A stretch of DNA of 64,000 nucleotides from Candidatus Latescibacterota bacterium (GCA_965219385.1 CBDCNM010000002.1:3234305-3298304), one strand, 5' to 3'; shown: positions 40,426 through 51,528, counted from the first letter of the stretch. The notes: generated from the letters alone by a model not told the origin. Translations and numbers: made by a program.

Positions 40426-43278
40426 ATGACTCGCGCCATCGCAACTCTGGCCCTGACGGGCGCAGCGCTCGGCCTGCTGATCTCCACGGTGCAGGCCCAG
40501 GAGTCCGAGACGCTCCTGAGCAACACCGGTCAGGCGGCGGATACACACACAAATACTGATGACTTTTATCCGGCCCAAGGGTTCATCACCGGCTCGAAGG
40601 CCGGCGGTTACGTCCTGACGAGCATCGAACTCGACGTTGCCACAGCTCCCGGGACACCGTCTGGGGCCACCGTCGAGCTTTGGTCCTCTATGACAATGAC
40701 CGATATCGATGGGAACGAAATCGCCAGCGAAGGAAACCTGGAGGGGCCGGTGCCCGACGCCCGGGTCGCCAGGCTGACCCATTCCACCGGGACGTGGACC
40801 ACCGGTCTCAACACCTTCAACGCCCCGTCGGATACGCATTTGCTCCCCAAAACGACGTACTTCGTGTACGTGTCCTACGCTGCCCCAGCTCCCCATCTGC
40901 AAATAACCAACACAGACTTGTCATCCACCGACTCCGGGGGCGCGTCGGGATGGCAACTCCCCGATGGGGGATCGATTCTACTTGAAAACGGCATCTGGCT
41001 AGCCGGGCCAACAAGTTACCTGAAATTCAAAGTCAACGGCTATGAGCTGCGCAACCGGCCCGGCGCGATCTACGCCTACTGGACCGATTCCGAGACTCAG
41101 GGCAGCAATCTGCAGAACAACTGCGCCGGCACCGAGCCTTTCCGCGCCTTCTGGGAGCGGCCGAAAAGTGCCGACGAGTGGGAGGCCGAGGTGACGCCTA
41201 AGTACGGCGCCAGCGACGCGCGCTTCAACATACGGTACCTCGGCGACAAGTTTCACGAGCTGACCGGGACCGTCCGCATCCAGGACGGCGAATCCGGCTC
41301 GTTGAGCATCCGGGTCCGCGGTCGTTTCGGCAATGCATGGGGTGCCTGGTCGCCGGTTACAAGTCTGTCGTGCATACCCCCACCGCCACCGCCGCCGACC
41401 TGCCCCGAGAACGCGGGCGATGTGTGGTGCGGCGTAATCACGGTGGGGGAGAGTATGGACTTTTATGGGTTTAACACGTTCTTCGACTCGGGGGAGTTGT
41501 CCGACGACGATTTCGATGTCGGGACGAGCTCGTACACGATCAACAGTCTCGGTGTCCAGGGAGACACAGAGGCGGAGGACTACGGGGCTCTCACCTTCGA
41601 CTTGGCCGAGTTCCCCAACGCCGAGGAGCAGGCGGCGCTGGATGAACTGACCCTGTACCTCGACAACGACGCATTCAGGCTCAGCGAAGCGCGCGACGGC
41701 CCGCCGGGGTTCTACTACTGGGTGGCCGATCTGAACTGGTCCAGGGAGGACTACATCGTCGCGCGGCTGCGCGAGGCCTCGTCCTCGCAGAGGTCCCTCC
41801 GGGGCCGGTTCGTCTCGCCGCCGGAGCGCCACGACGGCGAGAAGCGGATCAAGGTCCGGGTGGAGTTCAGCGAGGCGCCTGAGAACGTGGGCGCGGACGG
41901 CGTGGAGGTCGAAGGCGGCGCGGTGACGTCGGTGCGCTCCGTGGCCGGCCAGGCCCCGGGGACGCGCAAGGGGACCCGCTCGGCCGGCGGCCGGAACGCC
42001 GGACAGGGAGACCGGGAGGTCGTGTGGGAGATCGAGATCGAGCCGGACTCGGACGGCGACGTGACGGTGTCGCTGGCGGCGTGGCGCCCGTGCGACGAGA
42101 CGGGCGCGATCTGCACCGCCGACGGCCGGACCCTCTCCACGGCGATCTCGACGACGGTGCGGGGTCCGGAGGAATCGTCGGACGATCCGGGTGGCGAGGA
42201 GCAAGAGTCGCTGACGGCGCGCTTCGAGGGTATGCCGGCGGAGCATGACGGCGAGAGCGCGTTCACGCTCAGGATGGCGTTCAGCGAGCCGCTCAGCTGG
42301 ATGAACGGCCGGCGGTTGCGGGAGGACGTGGTGGCGGTGTCCGGGGGCCGGGCGACGAAGGGCAAGCGGGTGAACCGGCGCAGGGATCTGTGGCAGCTGA
42401 CGGTCGAGCCGGACTCGCCGGCGGACGTGACGGTGACGCTCGCGGCCGGGGCGGCGTGCGACTCTCCGGCGGCGGTCTGCACCGCGGACGGGCGGTCGCT
42501 GTCGGAGGGTATCTCGACGACGGTGCGGGGTCCGGCGGCGGATGAGCAAGAGTCGCCCGCAACCGGCCAGGACCAGGATCCCGGGCAGAGCGTCTCGGAG
42601 GGCGACACGGACCTGCCCAACGACAACACCACCCCCGGACGCGTCGCGGTCGGCGGATCGGCCACGGGCACCATCGGGACCGCCGGCGATCAGGACCGGT
42701 TCGCGGTCGATCTCGAAGCGGGGCGGACCTACCGGTTCGACCTGACGGGCCGCCCGGGCGGGGGCGGCACGCTGCCGGACACCTATTTCCGGGCGATCTA
42801 CAACAGCGAGGGGCGCTACCAGTCGGGCAGCTACAACGACGACTTCGACGGCGGACGGGACAGCCGGGTGACGTTCACCCCAACACAGAGCGAAACCTGT
42901 TACGCGAGGGTGTCGGGCGACCGCAACGAGACCGGGACCTACACGCTGTCGGTGACCGACATCACGGCGGGCCCGGCGTCCAAGCCGGCGGTCGCGGACG
43001 GGCCGCCGGGCCTGGCGCCCAACGCGCCCAACCCCTTCAACGCCAACACCGTCATCCCCTACCGCCTGGATGCGGACGGACCGGTGCGCCTGGAGATCTA
43101 CAACCTCCTCGGGCAGCGCATACGCACCCTGGTGGACGAGGCGCAGACGGCCGGTGTCTACCGGGTGCATTGGGACGCGCGCGACGCGGCGGGTCGGAGC
43201 GTGGCCACGGGGATTTACTTCACGCGCCTGCACTATCCGGGCGGCGTGCATACCCGGCGCATGCTCTACCTCGAGTAG
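40426..43278 (+). CDS. Modular secreted protein (beta-sandwich modules, two EHDG-type Ig-like domains, PPC-like domain, C-terminal FlgD-Ig)
   Basis: Signal peptide; NAPNPFNANTVIPY...TRRMLYLE terminus; blocks shared with neighbouring genes. Confidence 0.85.
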   Translation: MTRAIATLALTGAALGLLISTVQAQESETLLSNTGQAADTHTNTDDFYPAQGFITGSKAGGYVLTSIELDVATAPGTPSGATVELWSSMTMTDIDGNEIASEGNLEGPVPDARVARLTHSTGTWTTGLNTFNAPSDTHLLPKTTYFVYVSYAAPAPHLQITNTDLSSTDSGGASGWQLPDGGSILLENGIWLAGPTSYLKFKVNGYELRNRPGAIYAYWTDSETQGSNLQNNCAGTEPFRAFWERPKSADEWEAEVTPKYGASDARFNIRYLGDKFHELTGTVRIQDGESGSLSIRVRGRFGNAWGAWSPVTSLSCIPPPPPPPTCPENAGDVWCGVITVGESMDFYGFNTFFDSGELSDDDFDVGTSSYTINSLGVQGDTEAEDYGALTFDLAEFPNAEEQAALDELTLYLDNDAFRLSEARDGPPGFYYWVADLNWSREDYIVARLREASSSQRSLRGRFVSPPERHDGEKRIKVRVEFSEAPENVGADGVEVEGGAVTSVRSVAGQAPGTRKGTRSAGGRNAGQGDREVVWEIEIEPDSDGDVTVSLAAWRPCDETGAICTADGRTLSTAISTTVRGPEESSDDPGGEEQESLTARFEGMPAEHDGESAFTLRMAFSEPLSWMNGRRLREDVVAVSGGRATKGKRVNRRRDLWQLTVEPDSPADVTVTLAAGAACDSPAAVCTADGRSLSEGISTTVRGPAADEQESPATGQDQDPGQSVSEGDTDLPNDNTTPGRVAVGGSATGTIGTAGDQDRFAVDLEAGRTYRFDLTGRPGGGGTLPDTYFRAIYNSEGRYQSGSYNDDFDGGRDSRVTFTPTQSETCYARVSGDRNETGTYTLSVTDITAGPASKPAVADGPPGLAPNAPNPFNANTVIPYRLDADGPVRLEIYNLLGQRIRTLVDEAQTAGVYRVHWDARDAAGRSVATGIYFTRLHYPGGVHTRRMLYLE

Positions 43279-43379
43279 GCCCGGCCCGAGGGCCGCCGGC
43301 TTGCCTCCTCCTCGACCGGGGTCGAGCCGGGCGCCGGCGGTCCTCAACCGGCCTTCATGATAGAAAAGGAGACGTTTCC

Positions 43380-46300
43380 GTGCATTTGAAATCGACCGGC
43401 CACCGGCCCCTCGCCGCGGCCCTCTGCGGCGTCCTCTTCGCGGCCGCGCTCGTCATCGCGCCGCCGGCCTCCGCGCAAGACGTGACCATCTGGTCCGCCG
43501 ACCTGGATGTGAAAGCCCTCAATGTCGACCAGGACGAATTCGGTTGTTCCGAAAGTGGCCCCTTTAATGGGCAGTGCGCCAACTCCAATGTTCTATCCGA
43601 CGACGACTTCAAGTTGCACGGTACGACGTACACAATCAGGAGGATCGAAGACGACGGCAGCAAGCTGGAACTAACTCTGGATAAGCTCCTTCCCGAGAAC
43701 GCGCTCAAGATCCTGACCCTGAACGTGGACGATGATACCGAGCTGGACTTCGATGACGCCAACGTCAGCTCCAGCAACAAGCGTTACAGATGGAGCAATT
43801 CCAGCCCCTCCTGGTCTTCGGGCGACGACGTGGACCTCAAGATCACGGACTCCAGCGGGCCGTCCCTGGTGAGGAACACCTCCCTGGGTGCTAACGACAG
43901 GGACCTTTCCGAAGACGGCCATCGAAGTGCGCAAGCATTCACGGCCGGGACCTGGGCACGGGTCACATCAATCGGAATCGGGATCGGAGATGAAGTCGAT
44001 GACGACGTCGAGGTCACATTGCACAAGGGCGGGGGAAGCGATCCCGGCGACAGACTGAAGACGCTGGAGAACCCCTCGAGCATCACGGAGAATTCGGTCA
44101 ACGTGTTCACCGTTCCCGACAACGGCATCGTGCTGGAGGCATCGAAAACCTACTTCGTGCAGGTCAAAACGACCTCGAGCGGCATGGTAGCCGTTTCCGT
44201 GACCGATACCGATTCCGACGGCAACGACGAAGACGCCGGGGCCGCTGAGAATTGGACCATCGATAATGGTTCGCGGACAAACAGGCCTTCGAACGGTTCA
44301 TGGCAAGCAAGCAATCAGTCGATGCGAATCGACGTCAAGGGTCAGGTGCTCTTGTTGCCCCCGCCCACGAACCCGAGCGCTCGTGCCGTCGCGCCGATGC
44401 GGGTCACGCTCGAATGGGACCGGGTCATCCCCCAACCCGATAATCCGGACCCGTCGGATCCCCCCTGCTACGCGATCGAATGGTCCGCCGACGGCAACTC
44501 GGATTGGACGTCGCTGGTGAACTACACGAACCAGCACGGGACGTTCGTCTGCTGGTCGATCTACTACGGCACGCGATACAACGACGACACCGTCACGCCC
44601 GGGACCACGCGCCACTACCGGATCAAGGCGGTGGACGACGACGACGAGAGCCCCTGGTCCGACGTGGTCAGCGCGACGACGCCGGGGCTGGTGGACTCCG
44701 ACGGAGGACAGATCACGTTTGGCGCGGTGGTTTCGGAGCTCGACGCGCTCAACGATCAGAAAGTGTTCCGAATCGGCCTGGAGAGCGGGGAGTACCGGTT
44801 CATGATCCGCGGGAAGGCGCCGAAGCACCGGGTGATCGTGACCGATGCGGACGGCACGGATATCGAGAACTTCGTGCTGGAATCAGGCAACGGGCTCAAA
44901 CCGAGAATCACGGCGCGGACCTCAGCCGAACACCAGGTCAAGATCTCGCATGGCGGGGGTTTCGGCAACGCCGGGGGCGGGGGTCTGAACGCGGGATGGT
45001 TCCAGTTCCAGCTCGTGCCGGTGAGCGACCCGGCGGTGGGTACGCTGCGTCTGCCAACCCCTTCCGCCTTGGAAGCGGTACTGAGCACCTACGGCGACGT
45101 TGACCGGGCCGAACTCGCAGTGCAGCCGGGCAGCGCGTATGCCGTCCGGGTCCGGGGCCGCGAGACGGATGACGGCACGGCCGCGACGCCGCGAATCAAG
45201 CGCGCAAATCCGCCGTCGATCCACACCGATCACCACATGGGCAAGCCGTGGGTGGACGGCGTGACCAATTCGGAGATCTGCGCAGAACACGGCCAGTCGA
45301 GCAGGGACTGCGAAGAATTCCAGGCCTTCGTCATCGACCTGCGCGGGCCGCCCGGGGCGGAGCAGACGTGGCAGATCTACGTCGGCCCGACGGCGCGACC
45401 CCGCACCCGGCCGTACCGTGTGGGCACCTACAGGGTTGAACTCAAGGAGCTTTTGCCCAGCCAACTGCAGGGCGTGCGGATGCCGCTGCGGGCGTGGTTC
45501 GCGTCGCAGCCGGATCAGCACGACGGGTCGACGCGGATCAAGGTCCGAGTCGCGTTCAGCGACGTGGTCGACGAGAGCCCGCGGAACGTTGGCGAGCACG
45601 GCGTGAGCGTCGACGGCGGCGAAGTGACGTCGGTGCGCCCGGTGGACGGACAGGCTACGGGCGGCAATGCGGAGCGCAAGGGGGCCCGCTCGGCCGGCGG
45701 TCAGGGAGACGACGCGGAAGACAGGGAGGTGGTGTGGGAGCTCGAGATCGAGCCGGACTCGGACGAGGACGTGACAGTGTCGCTGGCGGCGTGGCGTCCG
45801 TGCGACGAGACGGGCGCGATCTGCACCGCCGACGGCCGGACCCTCTCCACGGCGATCTCGACGACGGTGCCGGGTCCGGATGAATCGTCGGACGATTCGG
45901 GTGGCGAGGAGACTTCCGAGGAACAGGTGTCGGATGAATCGTCGGACGATCCGGGTGGCGGTGAGCCCTCCGAGGAACAGGTGTCGGATGAATCGCCGGG
46001 CGATCCGGGTGGCGAGGAGCAAGAGTCGCTGACGGCGCGCTTCGAGGGTATGCCGGCTGAGCATGACGGCGCGCGCGCGTTCACGCTCAGGATGGCGTTC
46101 AGCGAGCCGCTCAGCTGGATGAACGGCCGGCGGTTGCGGGAGGACGTCGTGGCGGTGGCCGGGGGGCGGGCGACGAAGGGCAAGCGGGTGAACAAGCGCA
46201 GGGACCTGTGGGAGCTGACGGTCGAGCCGGACTCGCCGGCGGACGTGACGGTGACGCTCGCGGCCGGGGCGGCCTGCGACTCTCCGGCGGCGGTCTGCAC

Positions 46301-47096
46301 GAAGGACGGGCGGTCGCTGTCGCAGGGGATCTCGGCGACGGTGCGGGGTCCGGCGGCGGATGAGCAAGAGTCGCCCGCAACCGGCCAGGATCAGGATCCC
46401 GGGCAGAGCGTCTCGGAGGGCGCCACGGACCTGCCCAACGACAACACCACCCCCGGACGCGTCGCGGTCGGCGGCTCGGCCACGGGCACCATCGGGACCG
46501 CCGGCGATCAGGACCGGTTCGCGGTCGATCTCGAAGCGGGGCGCACTTACCGGTTCGACCTGACGGGCCGCCCGGGCGGGGGCGGCACGCTCCGCGACAC
46601 CTATTTCCGGGCCATCTACAACAGCGAGGGACGCTACCAGTCGGGCAGCTACAACGACGACTTCGACGGCGGCCGCGACAGCCGGGTGACGTTCACGCCA
46701 ACACAGAGCGGGACCTATTACGCGCGGGTGTCGGGCGACCGCGACGAGACCGGGACCTACACGCTGTCCGTGACCGACGTCACGGCGGGCCCGGCCTCCA
46801 AGCCGGCGGTCGCGTTCGAGCCGCCGGGGCTGGCGCCCAACGCGCCCAACCCCTTCAACGCCAACACCGTCATCCCCTATCGCCTGGATGCGGACGGACC
46901 GGTGCGCCTGGAGATCTACAACCTCCTCGGGCAGCGCATACGCGCGCTGGTGGACGAGGTGCAGGCCGCCGGCGCCTACCGGGTGCATTGGGACGCCCGC
47001 GACGGGCGCGGCGCGGCGGTGGCTGCGGGGGTGTACCTGGTGCGCCTGCGCTATCCGGGCGGCGTGCACACCCGGCGGATGCTCTACCTGAAATAG
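43380..47096 (+). CDS. Modular secreted protein (FN3, Ig-like, PPC-like, FlgD-Ig)
   Basis: GTG after AAAGGAG; MHLKSTGHRP leader in frame with the signal peptide; FN3 motif TTRHYRIKAV; FlgD-type terminus. Confidence 0.87.
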   Translation: MHLKSTGHRPLAAALCGVLFAAALVIAPPASAQDVTIWSADLDVKALNVDQDEFGCSESGPFNGQCANSNVLSDDDFKLHGTTYTIRRIEDDGSKLELTLDKLLPENALKILTLNVDDDTELDFDDANVSSSNKRYRWSNSSPSWSSGDDVDLKITDSSGPSLVRNTSLGANDRDLSEDGHRSAQAFTAGTWARVTSIGIGIGDEVDDDVEVTLHKGGGSDPGDRLKTLENPSSITENSVNVFTVPDNGIVLEASKTYFVQVKTTSSGMVAVSVTDTDSDGNDEDAGAAENWTIDNGSRTNRPSNGSWQASNQSMRIDVKGQVLLLPPPTNPSARAVAPMRVTLEWDRVIPQPDNPDPSDPPCYAIEWSADGNSDWTSLVNYTNQHGTFVCWSIYYGTRYNDDTVTPGTTRHYRIKAVDDDDESPWSDVVSATTPGLVDSDGGQITFGAVVSELDALNDQKVFRIGLESGEYRFMIRGKAPKHRVIVTDADGTDIENFVLESGNGLKPRITARTSAEHQVKISHGGGFGNAGGGGLNAGWFQFQLVPVSDPAVGTLRLPTPSALEAVLSTYGDVDRAELAVQPGSAYAVRVRGRETDDGTAATPRIKRANPPSIHTDHHMGKPWVDGVTNSEICAEHGQSSRDCEEFQAFVIDLRGPPGAEQTWQIYVGPTARPRTRPYRVGTYRVELKELLPSQLQGVRMPLRAWFASQPDQHDGSTRIKVRVAFSDVVDESPRNVGEHGVSVDGGEVTSVRPVDGQATGGNAERKGARSAGGQGDDAEDREVVWELEIEPDSDEDVTVSLAAWRPCDETGAICTADGRTLSTAISTTVPGPDESSDDSGGEETSEEQVSDESSDDPGGGEPSEEQVSDESPGDPGGEEQESLTARFEGMPAEHDGARAFTLRMAFSEPLSWMNGRRLREDVVAVAGGRATKGKRVNKRRDLWELTVEPDSPADVTVTLAAGAACDSPAAVCTKDGRSLSQGISATVRGPAADEQESPATGQDQDPGQSVSEGATDLPNDNTTPGRVAVGGSATGTIGTAGDQDRFAVDLEAGRTYRFDLTGRPGGGGTLRDTYFRAIYNSEGRYQSGSYNDDFDGGRDSRVTFTPTQSGTYYARVSGDRDETGTYTLSVTDVTAGPASKPAVAFEPPGLAPNAPNPFNANTVIPYRLDADGPVRLEIYNLLGQRIRALVDEVQAAGAYRVHWDARDGRGAAVAAGVYLVRLRYPGGVHTRRMLYLK

Positions 47097-47215
47097 GATC
47101 GAGCCGGCGGCGTTCCTCAACCGGCCTTCATGAATCGAAAGGAGAAGTTCCCATGCACTTGAAATCGACCGACCACCGACCGGAAACGGGCAACCGCTCC
47201 CGGCACAAATGTTCA

Positions 47216-47234
47216 CCCCCCCCCCCCCCCCCCC
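47216..47234 (+). repeat. Poly-C tract (C19) between an RBS/ATG and the signal-peptide coding sequence
   Basis: Counted directly. Confidence 0.95.
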
Positions 47235-47268
47235 AATTTTTTCGGGGCCGCAACGGAGCCGCGCGGCC

Positions 47269-50200
47269 ATGACTCGCTCACCGGCCCGGCTGCCGCGGGT
47301 CCTCGCCCTCGCCGCGCTCCTGGCAGGGACCGTGCTCGGCATGCTTGTCTCCCCGGTGCAGGCGCAGGAGCGTGACGAGGTGCTGCACAGCGTCTCGGAG
47401 GGCGACACGGACCTGCCCAACGACAACACCACCCCCGGACGCGTCGCGGTCGGCGGATCGGCCACCGGCGCCATCGGGACCGCCGGCGATCAGGACCGGT
47501 TCGCGGTCGATCTCGAAGCGGGGCGCACTTACCGGTTCGACCTGACGGGCCGCCCGGGCGGGGGCGGCACGCTTCGGGACACCTATTTCCGGGCGATCTA
47601 CAACAGCGAGGGACGCTACCAGTCGAGCAGCTACAACGACGACTTCGACGGCGGCCGCGACAGCCGGGTGACGTTCACGGCGCCCGGGAGCGGAACCTAT
47701 TATGCACGGGTGTCGGGCGACCGCAACGAGACCGGCACCTACACGCTGTCGGTGACCGACGTGACGCCGGAGCTGGAGGACGAGGGGCAGAAGCCCGCCA
47801 AGCCCAGGGACCTCTCCGCCACGGTGTCGCACGGCCAGGTGGTCCTGACCTGGGACGACCCCGGCGACGACAGCATCACCGGCTACGTCATCCTGCGGCG
47901 TGTCCGCGTGAACGATACCGGGGGCGACTTCGGCGTACTGGTGGCGGACACCGGCACGGCGGCGCTGACCTACACCGACAACACAGTGGCGGCCGGCCTC
48001 ACTTACACCTACCGCATCAAGGCCATCAACGAGCACGGGGTGAGCGAGCGCTCCCGCTGGTTCCACATCGACACCCCGGCCGCGCCCGTACCCGACAAGC
48101 CCAGGGGCCTCGAAGCCACGGCGACCCACGGCCGGGTAGTCCTGACCTGGGACGACCCTGGCGACGACAGCATCACGGGCTACATGATCCTGCGGCGTGT
48201 CCGCGTGAACGATACCGGGGGCGACTTCGGCGTACTGGTGGCGGACACCGGCACGGCGGCGCTGACCTACACCGACAACACAGTGGCGGCCGGCCTCACT
48301 TACACCTACCGCATCAAGGCCATCAACGAGCACGGGGTGAGCGAGCGCTCCCGCTGGTTCCACATCGACACCCCGGCCGCGCCCGTACCCGACAAGCCCA
48401 GGGGCCTCGAAGCCACGGCGACCCACGGCCGGGTAGTCCTGACCTGGGACGACCCTGGCGACGACAGCATCACGGGCTACATGATCCTGCGGCGCGTCCG
48501 CGTGAACGATACCGGGGGCGAGTTCAATGTATTGGTGGCGGACACCGGCACGGCGGCGCTGACCTACACCGACAACACAGTGGCGGCCGGCCTCACTTAC
48601 ACCTACCGCATCAAGGCCATCAACGAGCACGGGGTGAGCGAGCGCTCCCGCTGGTTCCACATCGACACCCCGGCCGCGCCCGAGGCGACCTTCGTCGAAG
48701 GCGACGACCCGGACGAGCAGGACGGGGAGGACGATCCCGTCGGCGCGCCCGGCCATGCCACGCCGTCCGGCCCCGGCGGGACGGACAAGCAGGTCGAGCT
48801 GCGCGACGTACCCCCCGCGCGGCAGGGCTTCAACGCGTCGAACGGCAACGAGCAGGTAACGCTCACCTGGGACGCGCCGGACGCGGACGCGGACATCACG
48901 CGCCACGAGTACCAGTTCAAGACCACCGGCGACTACCCCGCCGAGTGGACGGAGATCGACGACAGCGCGCCGGGCGGGGCCCACGAGGACTGGGTCGTGG
49001 TGGAGAATCTGACCAACGACGTGGCCTACACCTTCCAGTTGCGCGCGGCGAACACCGACGGAGCCGGCATCGCGGCCGAGGCGGGACCGGCGACGCCGAA
49101 GTCCGGTTTCTGCGGGCGCACCGAGCAGGTGCGGAACAAGATCATGGAGCAGCCACCGGTCAAAGGCGTGTCGGACTGCGCCGAAGTGACGGCAACGCAA
49201 CTGGCCGGCGTGACGGGTGGTCTCAATCTCGCGAATGAGGGCATCCGGTCCCTGCAGTCGGGTGATTTCTCCGACCTGACGGCGCTGACGAACCTCTGGC
49301 TGGGCAACAACGCGCTCAGCGAGCTTCCCGCCGACGTGTTCTCCGACCTGACGGCGCTGCAGGACCTCTATCTGAACAGCAACGAGTTCAGCTCGCTTTC
49401 CGCCGGCGCGTTCTCCGACCTGACGGCGCTGCAGGACCTCAGTCTGAACCACAACGCGCTCGTCTCGCTTCCCGCTGGCGTGTTCTCCGACCTGGAGGCG
49501 CTGACGAACCTCAGTCTGAACGACAACGCGCTCGTCTCGCTTCCCGCCGGCGTGTTCACCGGCCTGGAGGCGCTGAAGGACCTCTATCTGAACAACAACG
49601 AGCTTGTCTCGCTTCCCGCCCGCGGGTTCACCGACCTGGAGGCGCTCGATCGGCTCTATCTGTACTACAACAAGCTCAGCTCGCTTCCTGACGAGGTGTT
49701 CACCGGCCTGACGTCGCTGACGAAGCTCTGGCTGAACAACAACGAGCTTGTCTCGCTTCCTGCCGAGGTGTTCTCCGGCCGGACGGCACTGAGGAGGCTC
49801 CTTCTGAACGACAACGCGCTCGTCTCGCTTCCTGCCGATGTGTTCTCCGGCCTGACGGCGCTGGATTCGCTCTATCTGACCGACAACGCGCTCGTCTCGC
49901 TTCCTGCCGACGTGTTCTCCGGCCTGACGTCGCTGGAGCTGCTCCATCTGAGGAATAACAAGCTCAGCTCGCTTCGCGCCGGCGTGTTCTCCGGCCTGAC
50001 GTCGCTGAAGCTGCTCAATCTGGGGGAAAACGAGCTTGTCTCGCTTCCTGCCGATGTGTTCTCCGGCCTGGAGGCGCTGGAGCTGCTCAGTCTGAGCCGC
50101 AACGCGCTCGTCTCGCTTCCTGCCGATGTGTTCTCCGGCCTGGAGGCGCTGGAGCTGCTCTATCTGTATTCCAACCAGTTCAGCGAGCTTCCCGCTGGCG

Positions 50201-51333
50201 TGTTCTCCGGCCTGGAGGCGCTGGAGCTGCTCCGTCTGTACGACAACGATCTGACGTCGCTTCCCGACGGCGTGTTCTCCGGCCTGACGTCGCTGACGGA
50301 TCTCAAACTGGGCGACAACCCCAACACCGGCGATCGGCTGCCGCTTTCCGTGACCCTGGAGAATGTGGGGTCCGATCAGGTGCGGGCGAAGGTGCTGGCG
50401 GGGGCGCCGTTCACGGTCGATATCCCGGTGATGGTGGCCAACGGGACGCTCGCTGGCGGCGCGATGGTGCTCAGGGTGGAGGCCGGCTCGGTCGAGGGCA
50501 CGGCGGTCACCGTGACCCCCACGGGGACGACCGAGCCGGTGACCGTGGACATCGACCTCTCCAGCCAGCCGTCTCTGCCCGAGAACCACGATGGCTACAT
50601 CTTCGTCGTGGAAGGCGCCGACCTGCCCGCCAACGCGACCACAAGCGGCGTGGTGAAGGTGGACGGGTCCGGGGCCCGGGGAGACATCCACAAACCGGTC
50701 TTCGTGGAAAGTACAGGCGGCAACGACGTAGATGGTTACGAGTTCGATACCGACTGGTTCGCGGTGGAGCTGGAGGCGGGCCGGACCTACCGGATCGACA
50801 TGAAGGGCAAGACTCCCACCAACGATCTCACCCTGCGCCTCCCGCAGATCAACGCGATCTACGATGCGGACGGGGAGTCCCTTGTCAACACGTTTTCCCG
50901 CGACGAATCAAGCTCCCACCACCTGTTCCGGGTGACGTTTCACGCCCATGACGATGGCACCTATTACATCGCGGCGAGCGGCGAGTCGTTCGAGTGGGGC
51001 GACTACGAGCTGACGGTCAAAGATATGGGGTCGGCCAAGCTGGTGGTCGCGGACGGGCCGCCGGGCCTGGCGCCCAACGCGCCCAACCCCTTCAACGCCA
51101 ACACCGTCATCCCCTACCGACTCGATGCCCCCGGACCCGTGCGCCTGGAGATCTACAACCTCCTCGGGCAGCGCATACGCGCGCTGGTGGACGAGGTGCA
51201 GGCCGCCGGCGCCTACCGGGTGCATTGGGACGCCCGCGACGCGGCGGGACGGCGCGTGTCATCGGGGGTGTATTTCCTGCGCCTGCGCTATCCGGGCGGC
51301 GTGCAGACCCGGCGGATGCTCTACCTCGAGTAG
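47269..51333 (+). CDS. Secreted protein: PPC-like, four FN3, about 15 LRRs, PPC-like, FlgD-Ig
   Basis: Three near-identical FN3 units with a 297-bp period, 72-bp LRR units, NAPNPFN...TRRMLYLE. Confidence 0.9.
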   Translation: MTRSPARLPRVLALAALLAGTVLGMLVSPVQAQERDEVLHSVSEGDTDLPNDNTTPGRVAVGGSATGAIGTAGDQDRFAVDLEAGRTYRFDLTGRPGGGGTLRDTYFRAIYNSEGRYQSSSYNDDFDGGRDSRVTFTAPGSGTYYARVSGDRNETGTYTLSVTDVTPELEDEGQKPAKPRDLSATVSHGQVVLTWDDPGDDSITGYVILRRVRVNDTGGDFGVLVADTGTAALTYTDNTVAAGLTYTYRIKAINEHGVSERSRWFHIDTPAAPVPDKPRGLEATATHGRVVLTWDDPGDDSITGYMILRRVRVNDTGGDFGVLVADTGTAALTYTDNTVAAGLTYTYRIKAINEHGVSERSRWFHIDTPAAPVPDKPRGLEATATHGRVVLTWDDPGDDSITGYMILRRVRVNDTGGEFNVLVADTGTAALTYTDNTVAAGLTYTYRIKAINEHGVSERSRWFHIDTPAAPEATFVEGDDPDEQDGEDDPVGAPGHATPSGPGGTDKQVELRDVPPARQGFNASNGNEQVTLTWDAPDADADITRHEYQFKTTGDYPAEWTEIDDSAPGGAHEDWVVVENLTNDVAYTFQLRAANTDGAGIAAEAGPATPKSGFCGRTEQVRNKIMEQPPVKGVSDCAEVTATQLAGVTGGLNLANEGIRSLQSGDFSDLTALTNLWLGNNALSELPADVFSDLTALQDLYLNSNEFSSLSAGAFSDLTALQDLSLNHNALVSLPAGVFSDLEALTNLSLNDNALVSLPAGVFTGLEALKDLYLNNNELVSLPARGFTDLEALDRLYLYYNKLSSLPDEVFTGLTSLTKLWLNNNELVSLPAEVFSGRTALRRLLLNDNALVSLPADVFSGLTALDSLYLTDNALVSLPADVFSGLTSLELLHLRNNKLSSLRAGVFSGLTSLKLLNLGENELVSLPADVFSGLEALELLSLSRNALVSLPADVFSGLEALELLYLYSNQFSELPAGVFSGLEALELLRLYDNDLTSLPDGVFSGLTSLTDLKLGDNPNTGDRLPLSVTLENVGSDQVRAKVLAGAPFTVDIPVMVANGTLAGGAMVLRVEAGSVEGTAVTVTPTGTTEPVTVDIDLSSQPSLPENHDGYIFVVEGADLPANATTSGVVKVDGSGARGDIHKPVFVESTGGNDVDGYEFDTDWFAVELEAGRTYRIDMKGKTPTNDLTLRLPQINAIYDADGESLVNTFSRDESSSHHLFRVTFHAHDDGTYYIAASGESFEWGDYELTVKDMGSAKLVVADGPPGLAPNAPNPFNANTVIPYRLDAPGPVRLEIYNLLGQRIRALVDEVQAAGAYRVHWDARDAAGRRVSSGVYFLRLRYPGGVQTRRMLYLE

Positions 51334-51528
51334 GCGCTCACGACGATACGAAACGACGTGCTGGAGGTCGTCTTTTGAAGAAACACAACCAACCTGGCCG
51401 GGGTCGCACCCGCCGCCTGCACCGCGGTGACGACCGCAGACCGGGCGGCGTCCCGGCGGCGTCCAATCACTCACGCAGGGACGGGAGCCCCGGCGTCCCA
51501 TACCCCCGCACAAGCACAAGGAGGAGCC

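Noticed and set aside
41377..41397. Third poly-C switch at the PPPPPPP linker
   Set aside because: It is encoded by mixed CCC/CCA/CCG codons, so it is an ordinary linker.
40999..50691. Long minus-strand ORFs (782, 850 and 1137 aa), and similar ones opposite the kinases and the YWTD gene
   Set aside because: They are antisense shadows of GC-rich genes, with no recognisable motifs.
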